Positions 39,870 through 52,600 of a stretch of 64,000 nucleotides of DNA are shown piece by piece. Location: NCBI GenBank assembly GCA_963575745.1, contig CAUYUJ010000189.1:1-64000 (forward strand), read 5' to 3'. Position numbers and translations under genes: made by a program. The stretch comes from Prorocentrum cordatum (taxonomy: Eukaryota). Position 1 is the first letter of the stretch. Each line of letters opens with the position of its first letter. The notes beneath the pieces are model-generated. The model had not been told where the DNA came from. It did no database searches and saw only the letters and a list, made by a program, of their open reading frames with translations.

Positions 39870-41175
39870 GAATGCACCTCTGGGGCCTCTTGGAGGGCTT
39901 TCGGGGGCACCTGATTCAGTTTTTTGGGCCCCCCCGGAGGCCTCTTGGGGGCCTCTGGGGTGCCTCTTGGAAGGCTCATGGGATCTTGGGGGCGCCTCGG
40001 GGTCACAGGGGGGCTCTTGGAGCCATCACGGCGGCAAAGACTCGAGATGTCATTTCGTATTGCCCGTCTTGGGCCCCTCTTTGGGCCCTCTCGGGCCGTC
40101 TTAGGGGCGGCACTCTTGGGGCTCTATTGGGCCGCCTTGGGGCCTTCTTGCGGGCCTCATGGGCCGTCTTGGGACGATTTTTGGGGCCCCTTGGGCCGCA
40201 GTGGACGCTGTCGAGACGAAAAATGGCACCCCCTCGGGCGGCCCGATGGGAGCACTCTTGGGCCGTCTTGGGGGCCCCGTAGGCCGTCTTGAAGCCATCT
40301 TGGACCGTCGCAGGGTTGCCTTGGGTCGCATCGATTTGGTGGGGAGCGATGGCGGGGAAGTGAGAAGGGACAGGCCTTCTCAGAAGGCGGCGGGACTTCT
40401 CAGAAGCCCTGGCGCCTTCTGAGAAGTTTTTTGTGTGTCTTCGGGGAAGGCTTAGAGCATATTCCAGAAGGCCGGGGGAGAAGGCCCGCCCCTCTCTCAC
40501 TTCCCCCCAAGTGGGTCGCCTCGATGCTCTCTAGGAGTATCTTGGCGCCCTGTCTGGGCCCTCTTAGACCGTCTGGGGGCTCTTTGGAGGCTCCCCCCCC
40601 CCCCCACCCAAGAGGGGTGCGTTGACGAGCTCGCCCCTTCACCCCAAGGGATGCGCCCACCCCCCCTGCCCTCAAACAGCATTCTGGACCCTGGGGGAGG
40701 GTGTGCTGACGAGCTGGCCCCCCCACCACACGGGGTGCCCCCCCCTGCCCTCAAACGGAAATGGGGAAGGGGACCAGTCATCTCACACGCCTCTTCACCC
40801 CCGGCAAGGAGGGGTCGGCGGATTGATTCGATTCGGCCCCTGCCGCCGCCGTGCCTGGGCTGTGTGCCAGAGGCCGCGTTCTCTTGGGGTCTTGTTTGGG
40901 GGGTCCCCTTGAAGGCCTCTCGGGGGCTTCTCGGGATCCTGCTCAGGCTTCCTGGGTGCCTCTCGGTGGTCTCCCTGGAGCCTCTCGGGCTTCTCGGGGG
41001 ATGCATCGGGGGCCTGCTTGCGGGCCAGGGGCCACCGTGGGGGGGGGGGGGGGCTCCTGGGGTCCCTTCGGTTTCAACCGTTCGCGCCCCATCTTGGGGC
41101 CCTCTTCGGCCTCTCTTTGGGGCTCGGCGGCGGTCTTGGAGCGATGTGGGGCGCCTCTCGGGCCATCTTGCACGC
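39870..41175 (-). repeat. Degenerate CTTGG/CCAAG-family repeat fragments
   Basis: Recurrent GGCCTCTTGGG/GGCCGTCTTGGG motifs; GGGGTCGGCGGAT motif at ~40811-40823. Confidence 0.65.
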
Positions 41176-42527
41176 TCGTAAGGCCGACAGGACTGCACGG
41201 TTCAAATCGCATGAACCTACGAGTTTGGATGATTTTCGCTTCCTTGGGCCACTCCCAGAGCGTTCAAGACGGCCTTCTCCCTCCCTCCATCCATTCCTCT
41301 CCCTCTCCTTTCCGCTCTTGTCGTTTCTGGCGCGGGGGCAGAGGGAGGAAGATGCGGTGGAGAATGAGAAGGCCGTCAGTTCGGACAGAGGCAGACGTAA
41401 TACATGTGTTACGATGTGTCTGTTGGCGACATCGGTGAATAGCAGCAGCTCGGGTACGATTTGGTGACAACCATAATTGCTTTCAGGTGGTCTTCGACTC
41501 GAAAGAGCATGCCAGAAGGGCCCTCCAGCAGGCTGGCGACTCCATGGACGCGCCAGCCCCGCCTGTCTCTTCTGAGCGACACACATATGGCTTGGATATC
41601 TCAGGTCAGCTGCTTATTGAGCCCGCAGAGCGGGAGTCACGGCGGTTCCCCAGGGGGAAGCTTGCACGCAGATTTTGCAACCAGAGGGTGTCAACGATAT
41701 TGCTTCGACGAGGGTCGGTATCAATCGTTGCAATGTTTCTTGGGGCCATGTTGGCGTCCCGTTTGGGGGTCGAACGGCCTCGGAGCGCAGATCACTTGTA
41801 TTTTCTCCTGCCCAGTAGAATGTGGGGCAGGGAATGCGTGAGGGGTGTGCCGAAATGGCAGTGTCGTGCATAGCCATGAAGGCGTTATTCGTTCGTAGTG
41901 TTACGCACCCCAGAAAAATTCGGAGTCCCCGCCGACGCCGAGTTGTCGAGGAGGTCCTGAGCAAAACGGCAGTTTTTGAGATTGTCGAGGATGTCCCGAG
42001 CGGAACGGCCACTTGGGGCCCTCGGAGCGTAGTTCACCCGTATTGTTTTATGTGTCCCAGGAGACTGGGCCGTCGGAATGCGCGATGCCGCTTGTAGCAT
42101 GCCTTTGTGCATGCATCTCATCGGCGTCACCCTGACATACTAATACTATGTGTGTGTGCCGCCCTCCCAGCATCGACGCGCGCACCGAGAGATCTTATAG
42201 TATATGCCTTTTTCCAGCCCGCACCGCTCGGGAAACGATATACTACAAGATGGGTATACGATATGTTCGGGCCGGACGCGCGCCTCCAAGGAGGACATAT
42301 ATAGTGTCAGTATGCCTCTGTGCGTCCAATCTCACCGTCCTCCAGTGCACCATCATCTCATCATCTGCCATCGGATTCCTGCAGCACGACGGGGCCCACA
42401 GGGGGGTCCCGCCGAATCCCACCGCGTCGCGCCCTCCGCCAGCCCATGTTATCGTAGTGCGACCAAGCGACTAGGCAATGCCAGGGGCTGGGATCGCAGC
42501 GGCCAAGTGGGAAGTGGACGCTTAACT

Positions 42528-42528
42528 A

Positions 42529-42560
<32 letters not shown>

Positions 42561-42790
42561 AGTCGCAGTCGCAGTCGCAGTCGCTGTCGTCGTCGCCGTT
42601 GTCGTCGTCGCAGTCGCAGTCAGGACTGTAGGGCTAAGGGGCTATAGGGCTGTAGGGCTATTGAGCTATAGAGTTGTAGGGCTATAGGGCTATTGGGGTA
42701 TTGGGCTATAGGGCACCCCCGGGCACCCCCGGGCACGCCCGGGCACCCGGGCACACGAGCACCCCTGGGCACCCAGGCACCTGGGCGTGC
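42528..42790. repeat. Cluster of short repeats: (GTC)n, (TAGGGCTR)n, (GGGCACCCC)n
   Basis: Visible repeats. Confidence 0.9.
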
Positions 42791-42879
42791 GGCGAAAATC
42801 GGCGGCATACCTAACCAAACCATATGAATCCGCTAGGACCCCTACAGAGGCAAGCTCTGATTGGGGAATCTGTTCATAC

Positions 42880-44030
42880 ATGCAAACGTACACATACATA
42901 CCTACACATACAAACGTGCATACATGCATACAGCCGTGCGACATACACACATGCATACATCTAGGCACGCATACACATGAATCCATACACACACGCATAC
43001 ATCCATACATACATCCAATCATACATAAACTCTCACATGACTACATACATTCATGCATATATCCATATAAGCGGATACACACATACACACCTACCTACCT
43101 ACCTACCTACTTACCTACCTGCTTACCTATCTAGCTACATACATACACATACATACATACACGCATACATACATACATGCATACATACACACGCACGCAC
43201 GTACATACATCCATACACACATACATACATACATACACACATACACACAACCACACATACACATATACATACACATACACATACACACATACATACATAC
43301 ATACATACATACATACATACATAATGCATACATACACACTCATACATACACACATACACACTTACATACGCACATACATGCATGCATGCACGCAGACATC
43401 CAGTTATGCATACAAGCATACACACGTACGTACACACATACATACACCAGTACATGCATACACATACATACATCCATTCATACATACATACATACACACA
43501 CGTTCTTACGTACATGCGTTCATCCATCCACCCATCCATGCACATACATACGCACATGCACACATACATGCATACATACACACATGCACATGTATACATG
43601 TGTGTATGTAGATATGTAGGTATTTAGATATGTAGATATGTAGGAATGCATGTATGTATGTATGTATGTATGTATGTATGTGTGTATGTATGTATGTATG
43701 TATGCATGCATGCATGCATGTATGTATGTATGTATGTATGTATGTAGGTATGTAGGTATGAATGTATTCATGTATGCTTGTATGTATGTATGCATGCATA
43801 CATGTATGTATGTATGTATGTATGTATGGATGGATGGATGGATGAATGGATGGATGGATGGATGGATGGATGTATGAATGCATGCATGCATGTATGTATG
43901 TATGTATGTATGCATGTATGTAGGTATGTAGGTATGAATGTATTCATGCATGCTTGTATGTATGTATGCATGCATGCATGCATGCATACATGTATGTATG
44001 TATGTATGTATGTATGTATGTATCCATGTA
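42880..44030. repeat. (ATAC)n tract followed by its reverse complement (GTAT)n
   Basis: Strand switch around the palindrome CACATGTATACATGTG near 43588-43603. Confidence 0.9.
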
Positions 44031-44349
44031 GGTGTGATCCTCGCCCCCCTACCCACCCCTTCCACACCTTCGATTCCCGCCTGTCGTTTCGCCCACCTCC
44101 ACTGGATTCCCGCCCGTCGTTCCTCCCACTCCCACCTCATCTCTCCTCCTCATCCTCCTCCTCTTCCTACTTCTCCTTATGCGGATCTCTCATCACCTCT
44201 CTCCTCCTGCCTCTCCTCATCCTCTGCTCCTCCTTCCTCTTCCTCCCCCTCCTTCTCCGCATCCTCTCCTGATTCGTGTCCTCCTCCCTGCCCTGTCCTG
44301 GGAAATGCTCCTGGCGATCCTTGGCGCCCCCCCCCAGGCCCCCAAGGGG

Positions 44350-45790
44350 GTGTGGAGCTGGATGCGACATTGTTGTACCAGGTGTGTAGGGAGCTGTGCT
44401 ACTGGCTGCGGTGAGTTCGAAGTAAGAGCTGGTAGTGCTCGCTGTCGCAAGAGCAGCGCCAATGTTCGCAGTAAGAGCTCTGGTGGGGGCTGTAGTATTG
44501 GGTGCAGTAATAGCTACTGCACGATCTGGTACAGGAGTTGTATCTGGAGCAGGTCGTAATATTTGGAATGCGAGTTGTGCTACCGATTTACGCCAATCAA
44601 CATAGGGTCTGTAATGGGAGCTGTCCTGGCTGCTGCGGCAGGGAAACGTAGAAGGAGCAGTCTGATAATGCGGAGTACACATGCCGCAGGAAATGCAATG
44701 AGAACAGTACTTGTAGTTACAATATCAAAAGTGTAAGGAGCTGCAGTGTGAGACGTGTTGGCAGCTGCACTGGGATTGGTGCTACTAGTTGCGATTGCAA
44801 GTGCAGGGTGCGCCTTGGTAAAAACAGCGCTGAACTATGTACTCGCGATTGTTGTTTAGATTGCAATGGGAGCTGAACTAGGATATGCCATCGGATGTAT
44901 GCAGGAAGTTGTAGTCATGGCTGTAGCGAAAATTGTATGTACTTGTGGCTGTGTGAAGGAGCTTGAGTCGGAGCTGCAGTGAGAAGTATAGTATTAGTAG
45001 ATGCAGTATACCTGTACTAGGAGCTGCAGTGAAATCTGTACGCAGTGGTGAAAACCGAAGCGTCTATGAGTTACACTGGGATCAGCATTGGCAGCTCCGG
45101 GGTGATCTGCACCAGAGTGCAATTTGAAATTTAGTGGCCGCTCTCGCAGAAACATCCATGACAGCTGTACTTATGGTTCTTGTGAAAACTGCAATGAAGA
45201 CTGAACTCGGACTTCTAAGAGGATTTGTGCAAGAAGCTGTAGTAGGAGCTGTAGAAAGAGTTGTAGTGAGAGCTGTTTTGGTGGCTGTGTCGGGGAGCTG
45301 CAGTTTGAACCTATATATATATATATATATATATAACATTGATGCGTTTTACATATTATAATAGGAGTTGTAGTCATGGCTGTGGAGGGAACGTATGTTA
45401 CCAGCTGTAGCAGGAGCTGTGCTACTGTTTTTTTGTAAGAGTTGCGGTGATAGGCAATCGTACGAATTTCAGTGGGAATTGTTTCCTTTGTTGCGGTAGA
45501 AGTTACACGGGGAGTGCGCTGGTGGCCGTGTCGAGACGCTGAAGTACGATTTGTTTTGATATAACCTGTGTACTTCTTGGTAGGACCTGGACTGAGAGCT
45601 GTGCTGTTGGCTTTACTAAGAATTGCATGTGGACCTGCAGTGGGAGATGCGTTTGGGCCTGTCTTGCGATCTGTACTGTCGGTTGCGGCTTCATGCGTAG
45701 CTGGAGATTTCGGCAAATCCGTGCTGGAATATGCCATAGGATCAAACGGGCTTGCGGGGACTGCAAGAGAAGTTGCAGTGGGATACGTAG
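44350..45790. repeat. Highly diverged 12-bp periodic sequence (consensus ~AGGAGCTGTAGT; minus strand reads Thr-Thr-Ala-Pro)
   Basis: 12-nt phasing of GAGCTG/GTAG motifs; minus-strand ORF fragments are T/A/P-rich; (TA)n at 45312-45335. Confidence 0.7.
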
Positions 45791-46279
45791 TCGGATGCGA
45801 GATACCGCTGATCTCCAGACCCCTTCGGGGCGTTCCCAGGCCATGACTTCGGGGAGAGGCCAGCCGTGGCGAGGAGGGATCGGCAGAGGAGTCGGCACCC
45901 GCCAGTCGTTGACAGTGGGTACTTGTTGGATTCCCAGATCCCAATTTACTTCGAGCGCCTTCCTACTTCAATCGTTTCGCTTCTTTGTTCTGTTCCTTGG
46001 GCGGGCCCGAACCGAATCTACCCTATCCGTCTTCCTACTTCATGTTTTTGCACACTTTTTCCGACGAGCGAGTACCTTGCCCTCCTTTGACGTCCTCGAT
46101 CGCCAACTGGTCGCAGATAGGTGCCCGACAGCCCACCCCCCACAGAACCGTGGGGTTTCGCGACCGAGGGCGTATCGCCGATCTCTCGGCGATGTGCCGT
46201 TGACTCATGGTTGACGCTTCCCCCCTGAGCCGGTTCCCCTTCTTAACGCTGCACCTCAGTGTGTGCCAACCACGCGCCG

Positions 46280-46420
46280 AGGGGGGTGGGGGGAGGGGGG
46301 AGGGCTTCTTAGAAGCACCCCTGCTTCTCAGAAGGCGCGGGCCTTATCTATAGATGCAAGGCCGGCGCCCTCTAAGAAGCAGCCTCCTTCTGAGAAGCCC
46401 CCCCCCTCCCTCCACCCCCT
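46280..46420. mobile_element. ~130-bp foldback/MITE-like palindrome, copy 1
   Basis: G-run-GGCTTCTTAGAAG..AAGGCGCGGGCCTT / AAGGCCGGCGCC..CTTCTGAGAAGCC-C-run; homolog at 57019-57143. Confidence 0.65.
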
Positions 46421-46958
46421 TGTGCGCGCCGCCATGTGGGGAACCCTCCGGGCGCGGGGCCGCGGGCCCCCCCCGCTCGCAGGACATGACTCTCCTGTCC
46501 GACTACACCTCGGCCGGGGACCGGCGCGAGCGCCGCAGGAGGAGCCGCTCGCGGTCGCGGCGCAGCAACTGAGCCCCTCCCGCTCCAGCCCCCCCTGTTT
46601 CCTCCCTCCTCCCTCCCTCCCGTGCTCTCCCCCTCCCTCCTTCCTCCTCCATCTCCTCCTCCTTCCTCCTCCCTCCCTCCTTCCTCCTTCCTGCTCCTCC
46701 CTCCTTCCTCCTCTCTTCTCCTCCCTCCCGCTCTCTCCTCCTCCCTCCCTCCTCCCTCCTTCCTCCTCCCTTCCTCCTTCCTCCTCCCTCCTCCTTCCTC
46801 CTCCCTCCCTCCTCCTTCCTCCTCCCTCCTTCCTCCGCCCCCCCTCTCTCCTCCTTCCTCCTCCCGCCCGTGCTCTCCCTCGGGCCTCTCCCCGGTCGGC
46901 GGCCGGGCCTGCGGCGGCGGCGGAGAAAACACGTGGAGGCTCTTGCTGCCCTGCTTTT

Positions 46959-47117
46959 TTGAGTCGGGCCTGTCCCTCTACAGGGGGAATACCAAAAATC
47001 GTCTAAAGAAGTCAGGGGACGATTTGTTTACTATTGTGGACCATTTTGGAGCATTTTTTGTCTATTTCTGTCATTTCTCGTCCAGAATCCGCCTGCAGGG
47101 AGACACGCCCTACCTAA
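46959..47117. mobile_element. 159-bp MITE, same family as 39121-39280
   Basis: TTGAGTCGGGCCTGTCCCTCTACAGG...CCTGCAGGGAGACACGCCCTACCTAA; flanks CCCTGCTT / CCCTACTT. Confidence 0.75.
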
Positions 47118-47836
47118 CCCTACTTCGAGCGTGCGCGCGCGTCATCTTACACATTGGGAGGCGTGGTTTTACAAAGCATGACGCCGATGTGCGTAACTGC
47201 AAGCATCGGGGCGACTTCGCTTCTGCAGCAGATCTCCTCATCCTCCCCTCCATTCTTATCAGTATCGATCCTCAAATCTATCTCTTCCTCCCTTTTCCTC
47301 TTTATCATCCCTCCTCGAGGTCTCTTGGAAATGCGGTGGTCTAATTTCAAACAAGCAGGTGGCGTCTGTGACGAGCTTGCAAATCTTATATATATATATA
47401 TATATATATAGATCTGTACACATGTAAATATACATACCTACCTGCCTACCTACATACTACATACATGCATGCATGCATGCATGCATACATACATACATGC
47501 ATGCATGCATACATTCATTCATACATCCATCCATCCATCCATCCATACATACCTACATACATACATGCATACGTACATATATACATACATTCATGCATGC
47601 ATACATAGCTAGCTGCACATATATCGGTACATTAATGTAAGTAGAAGAATAGATATGAATAGATGAGCGACACATCATTGAATAAATTGGGAGGGGGGCC
47701 CGGGGGGGCCGGAGTGCACTGATTTGGCTTCCGGCCGTTTTGGACCTGGGGGGGTGCCAGAATACGTCAAAGGAGGGTAAGGGGGGCGACGAGAGGGCCC
47801 GAGAGACGTTCAAGAGGGCGCCAAGATGGCACAAGA

Positions 47837-47852
47837 AGCCTTTTGGCTCAAG
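47837..47852 (+). other. Relict spliced leader upstream of gene copy 1
   Basis: AGCC-TTTTGGCTCAAG versus the DinoSL 3' part AGCCATTTTGGCTCAAG; 92 nt before the ATG. Confidence 0.85.
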
Positions 47853-49668
47853 CTTTTCAGGCAGACTCTTCCTTCCGTGCTGTACACGCTTGAGCGAGCT
47901 CTCCTCGCTCCATTGCTAGCCCGTGCGCTCCACTCACGAACGGTATGCTTCCGATGGGGCTTTTGCACGCCAGCGTGGCCATTCTCTATTTAATCGCGCG
48001 CGCGGAGGCGCTTGGAGGGGATCCAGCGGCGATGCACATGGTCATCGAGGATGGCGATGGTCCATTCAAAGAGCTTTCTGAGGGCGAGCTCGTTGAGGCC
48101 GTCAATACCACGCTGCGCGTCGAAAGTAGCGCCCCTTCTGGGCGGGCAGGCGCGTGGTCGTCGGCAGTGTGCACAAATTTCTGTAATGGCAACATGTACG
48201 ACTCCCCGATGTTCCATGCGCCGGGGGATGCTAATAGACCCGCGGGGGTGATCGGAATGCAGTGGGCGCGTCAGCCCAACGAGAATGCGGCCGCAGGCTA
48301 CGGTTGTGTCGTCCGAGAGTTCAATGGTGGCGTGGGAGGTTACGCGACAGATGTGCTGTGGTACTGGGATGAGTGCGTGGGCTCCTCCATTATCTGGTTC
48401 GGCTCGACGACATGGGAGTCGCCAGCTCCTATCGGCACGAAATGGTGGGCGAACCATGGCTGCCGTTACACTGCTGGACTCCACAGCCGACGCCATCTCC
48501 GACGCCCAACCCGACGCCGAAGCCGACGCCATACCCGACGCCGAAGCCGACGCCGTACCCGACGCCGAAGCCGACGCCGCACCCGACGCCGAAGCCGACG
48601 CCGAAGCCGACGCCGAAGCCGACGCCATACCCGACGCCGAAGCCGACGCCGAAGCCGACGCCGAAGCCGACGCCGAAGCCGATGCCGAAGCCGACGCCGA
48701 AGCCGACGCCGAAGCCGACGCCGAAGCCGACGCCGTACCCGACGCCGAAGCCGACGCCGAAGCCGACGCCGAAGCCGACGCCGAACCCGACGCCGAACCC
48801 GACGCCGTACCCGACGCCGAAGCCGACGCCGAAGCCGACGCCGAGCCCGACGCCGAACCCGACGCCATAGCCGACGCCGAACCCGACGCCGAACTCGACG
48901 CCCTACCCCACACCCTACCCCACGCCCTACCCTACAGTTTTCCCAACGCCCTACCCCACGGCTTTCCCGACGCTCTACCCCACGGCCTTCCCAACGCCCT
49001 ACCCCACGGTTTTCCCAACGCCTTGCCCCACAGTTTTCCCGACGCCTTGCCCGACCTCCTTCCCGACGCCCTACCCGACGGGTTTCCCGACGGTCTACCC
49101 CGCGGCTTTTCCGACTCTCTACCCGACGTCGCTCCCGACGCCCAGCCCGACGCCCAGTCCGACGTATCTTCTGCGTTGGCCGACACCAAGTCCAACGTTT
49201 CCTCCTGCAGCTCCCACGACCGGAGGCGTGGCTGCCACCGGCGATCCGCACCTTCAAAACGTTCATGGCGAGCGGTTCGATTTAATGAAGCCGGGCAAAC
49301 ATGTTCTGATAAACATCCTTTGTGGAGTGAGCGCTGAAGACGCATTGCTTCGTGTGCAGGCCGATGCGCGCCGATCGGGTAGAAGTTTTTCGGACATGTA
49401 CTTCAAGGAATTTAACATTACAGGCTCTTGGGCGGAGGTTAAGCAAGTTGGAGGGTATCGCTACAGCGGAAGGCAAAGCGCCGCGACGATTCCGCAATGG
49501 GTTGCTGTTGGTTCGGTCGAGCTGAAAGTCGTCCATGGACGCACTCTCTGGCATCTGGTATTTGAATGTGCACGTGAAGCATTTGGGGCGATCAGGGTTT
49601 GCCGTCGGAGGCTTGCTGGGGGAGGACGACCACAAAGAGGTGATGATTGCCCCGGCGTCTTGTACCAG

Positions 49669-52600
49669 CGTCTTGTACATCGACGCAGCAGGCCTTGCTC
49701 ATCTCCCTCGCGGGTCCACGGCAGCGGAGCTTCGCGAAGCACTCCGACGGCGACTGGCCCATCATATCACCCACCAGGATGTCGCGCTCACCGTCCTCGG
49801 AGGCGACTTCAACTACGTGGCGGAGGTGGCAGGCCGCCGATGCGCGACGACAGCGGCCGCCAGTGGCGGACGTGACCGAGGCGAACAGGCTAGCTGGCAA
49901 CGGCAGCTCGCCCTACCCCATGGTCTTCATGAGCTACATCAGCCAGACATGTCGTATGCTTCTCCCACCTCTCGCTCCCGGCTCGACCGGCTATGCTGCA
50001 ACCGGGCCGCGACAGAGAGCCTCGACAGGGCGATGACGTGCGTCGCGCTCGACTGGTGTCCGAAGCTTTCGCGGCGTCGGCCTACCAGCAACCGTTGGGG
50101 GACCCCGCGGCGCACGCAGGGTGACCTCGCCCCGTTCCCCGACCAGGTGATTGAGCATCCCGAGTGGCCAAGACTGGTGGCACTGGCTTGGCAGGATCTG
50201 CTGAAAGACGAGCTGGGCGCTTCGCCGCTGAAGCAGCTCACCCTCCTGAAGGTCGCAATGCGTCGCGCGGCCGGCAGCCTCAGCTACACGTGCGGCTCCG
50301 CGTCGCACGCGCTCGCCCACGAGGACAAGCTGGGCGCAACCATGAAGTTCCTCCGGTCGTCGGAGCGCGGCTCCGCGACGGGGATCAGCCAGTGCGTCCT
50401 GCGCTATCCTGTCCTCGAGGACCTTGTGGACAACCCCTGCGACTTCTCCCTCGACCATGGCCGCCGCTTCTGATTGGTGCGACAGCGCGCTGTGGAGTTG
50501 GCTCGCTCGCACGCTATCGACGAACTCAGCCAGCTCCACAATGACCTCCACGACCTCACGCCCGACCAAACAGCACGACGACGTCAACGAAATCACCGTC
50601 TACTTGCCCGTCTCGCCCCTGGCCGAGGGTGCTCCCATTGCGCCGTCCGCGACCACGCGGGCCACGTGGGCACAGATCCCTCCCAGGGACCATTGGGCAG
50701 GAGTTTTCCGCCGCCAGGACACCGACCAGAGGTTGCGGCAGGAATAGCTCGCGGACGAGGCTGCGCACTTCTCCCCAGCAGACTGGCGACGCGTCCCTGG
50801 CGAGGTCGCCCCTTTCGAGTGTTTCCAACAGGCGATAGCTCACACCAAGAATAGCTCCCCAGGCCCAGATGGCATACCATTCCGGGCTTGGCGGAAGCTG
50901 GGAACATTCGCGGCCCGCGCCTTGTGCGGTGCCTTCCTTGCCGCGGTGAGCCTTGGGGGGGCTGGGCAGCATGGAGATGGATTGGAATGACTTCAACGAG
51001 TGCTCCATGGTGTTCCTGCCCAAGAAACCAACTGGCGCCACCTCGCAGGGCCTGGGCTTCTACGCGCCCTCAAGCGCAGCCCACTTAATATCACCAGCGC
51101 AGACAATAGAATCATTGCTGGCGCCGTCCGCCTGTGGATCGAGCCTGCGGTCGCCCCTGGAATTTCAGATTCTCAACGCGGCTTCTTGCAGGGCCGCTCC
51201 ACGTTGGCGAACCTTGTTGACATAGACGAGGCCATGCTGCATTTTTCGCTGGAGTACGAGGACGCGGCGGCGATCTTTTTCGACTTCGAGGCCGCGTTCC
51301 CGAGCGTGAGCCAGGAGTTCCTCTTAGACGTGTTGGTGGCCCGTGGGTGGCCAGATCGGTGCCTTACTCTAGTGAAGGCACTGTGTCGTAACAACCGGTG
51401 CCAGATCATCGCACAGGGCGCCAAGTTTGACGGATTCAAGCTGACTGCGGGCGTCAGGCAGGGCTGCCCTCTTCGCGAGGGGAACTGTCTTGGGCGAAAC
51501 CGCTGGAGAAGTGCATCGATCGGGCGCGAAACCGCTGGAGAAGTACATCGAGCGGGCGCGAACATGGAGAGCAATCGGTGGCGGCATGTTCCTTGCCATG
51601 CTTGCGTGCCGCATTTACATTTTCCCCGTGCTCTGCTTCCTCATGCAATTGGACGGTCAGCCGTTGAACTGGAACGACTACGAGCAGAAGGCGTTCGCAC
51701 TGCTATTTCCAGGGCCGCGCGGCTGGACGTCGCCGGCTGCCCTGCGGGACCTGCGCTCCTTGGGGTTTCCAGCGCAGCTTCCCGACGCCGCCGCGGTTGC
51801 CCTGGCGGCTAAATGCCGGGCTCGCCGTTGGGGGGCCGACGCTGGCGGCGGCTTGCGGATCAGGAGCCGGCGTCGCATACTGCAAGAGAAGATCGCTGCG
51901 TCAGACAAGGTCGTGCAAATCACGTGGCCCGGGTGGTGCGACACCATTTTCATCCTGAACTTGCGCGCGGCCCAGTCCACACTCGAGTCCTGCGCTGCTG
52001 CGGAGGGCCTCTCTGTCGCCCTGTTGGTCCAGGGCTCGTCCGCGGAGCCGGCGCCTCGGTCGCAGTGGCAGCGGCGGTGCTGTCAGCTGCTGACGGTGCC
52101 CAGCCAGGTGAGCGCCACCCGTGAGCTCTGTCGTTCTCTCTCTCGCCTCCCTTTCCATCTCTTCCCCAGCCGCCGAATGCCGCGGGCGCTGAAGGTGCTT
52201 CGCGGTCTTGCGCCGTCTGTGCCTCCTAGGGTCTGGGCTTCTCTCTACAGAGCGTTGTGCGACAGCTTGGCGACAGCGCATCGTTTTGGGAGGTCGGCTC
52301 CTTGCCCCTTCGGATGCGCACGCGGCGCCGACAGCCTGCAGCATTTCGCGCAATGCCCTCGCGTTGCGGAACTGCGCTACAGGCATTTGCGTTTATCCCG
52401 CCCCGCTCCTGGTGCGCGGCTGTCGTGCTTCGTGGCCTTGGAGCCGGCGTATGGTGAGGGCGCGGCCGCAGTCCTGGCGTGCCGAGCCTTGGCCGCACAT
52501 TATACATGCGCTGCTTCCTGTGCCGCCCGGCATAGCGCCACCGCGGACGCGGCGGGCGCTGGGTGGCAGTTTGGTAGAGAGGCCTGCGCGGCGCACCCGC

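Noticed and set aside
42625..42712. Telomere-like TAGGG repeats
   Set aside because: The unit is an 8-mer TAGGGCTR, not TTTAGGG, and the tract is short
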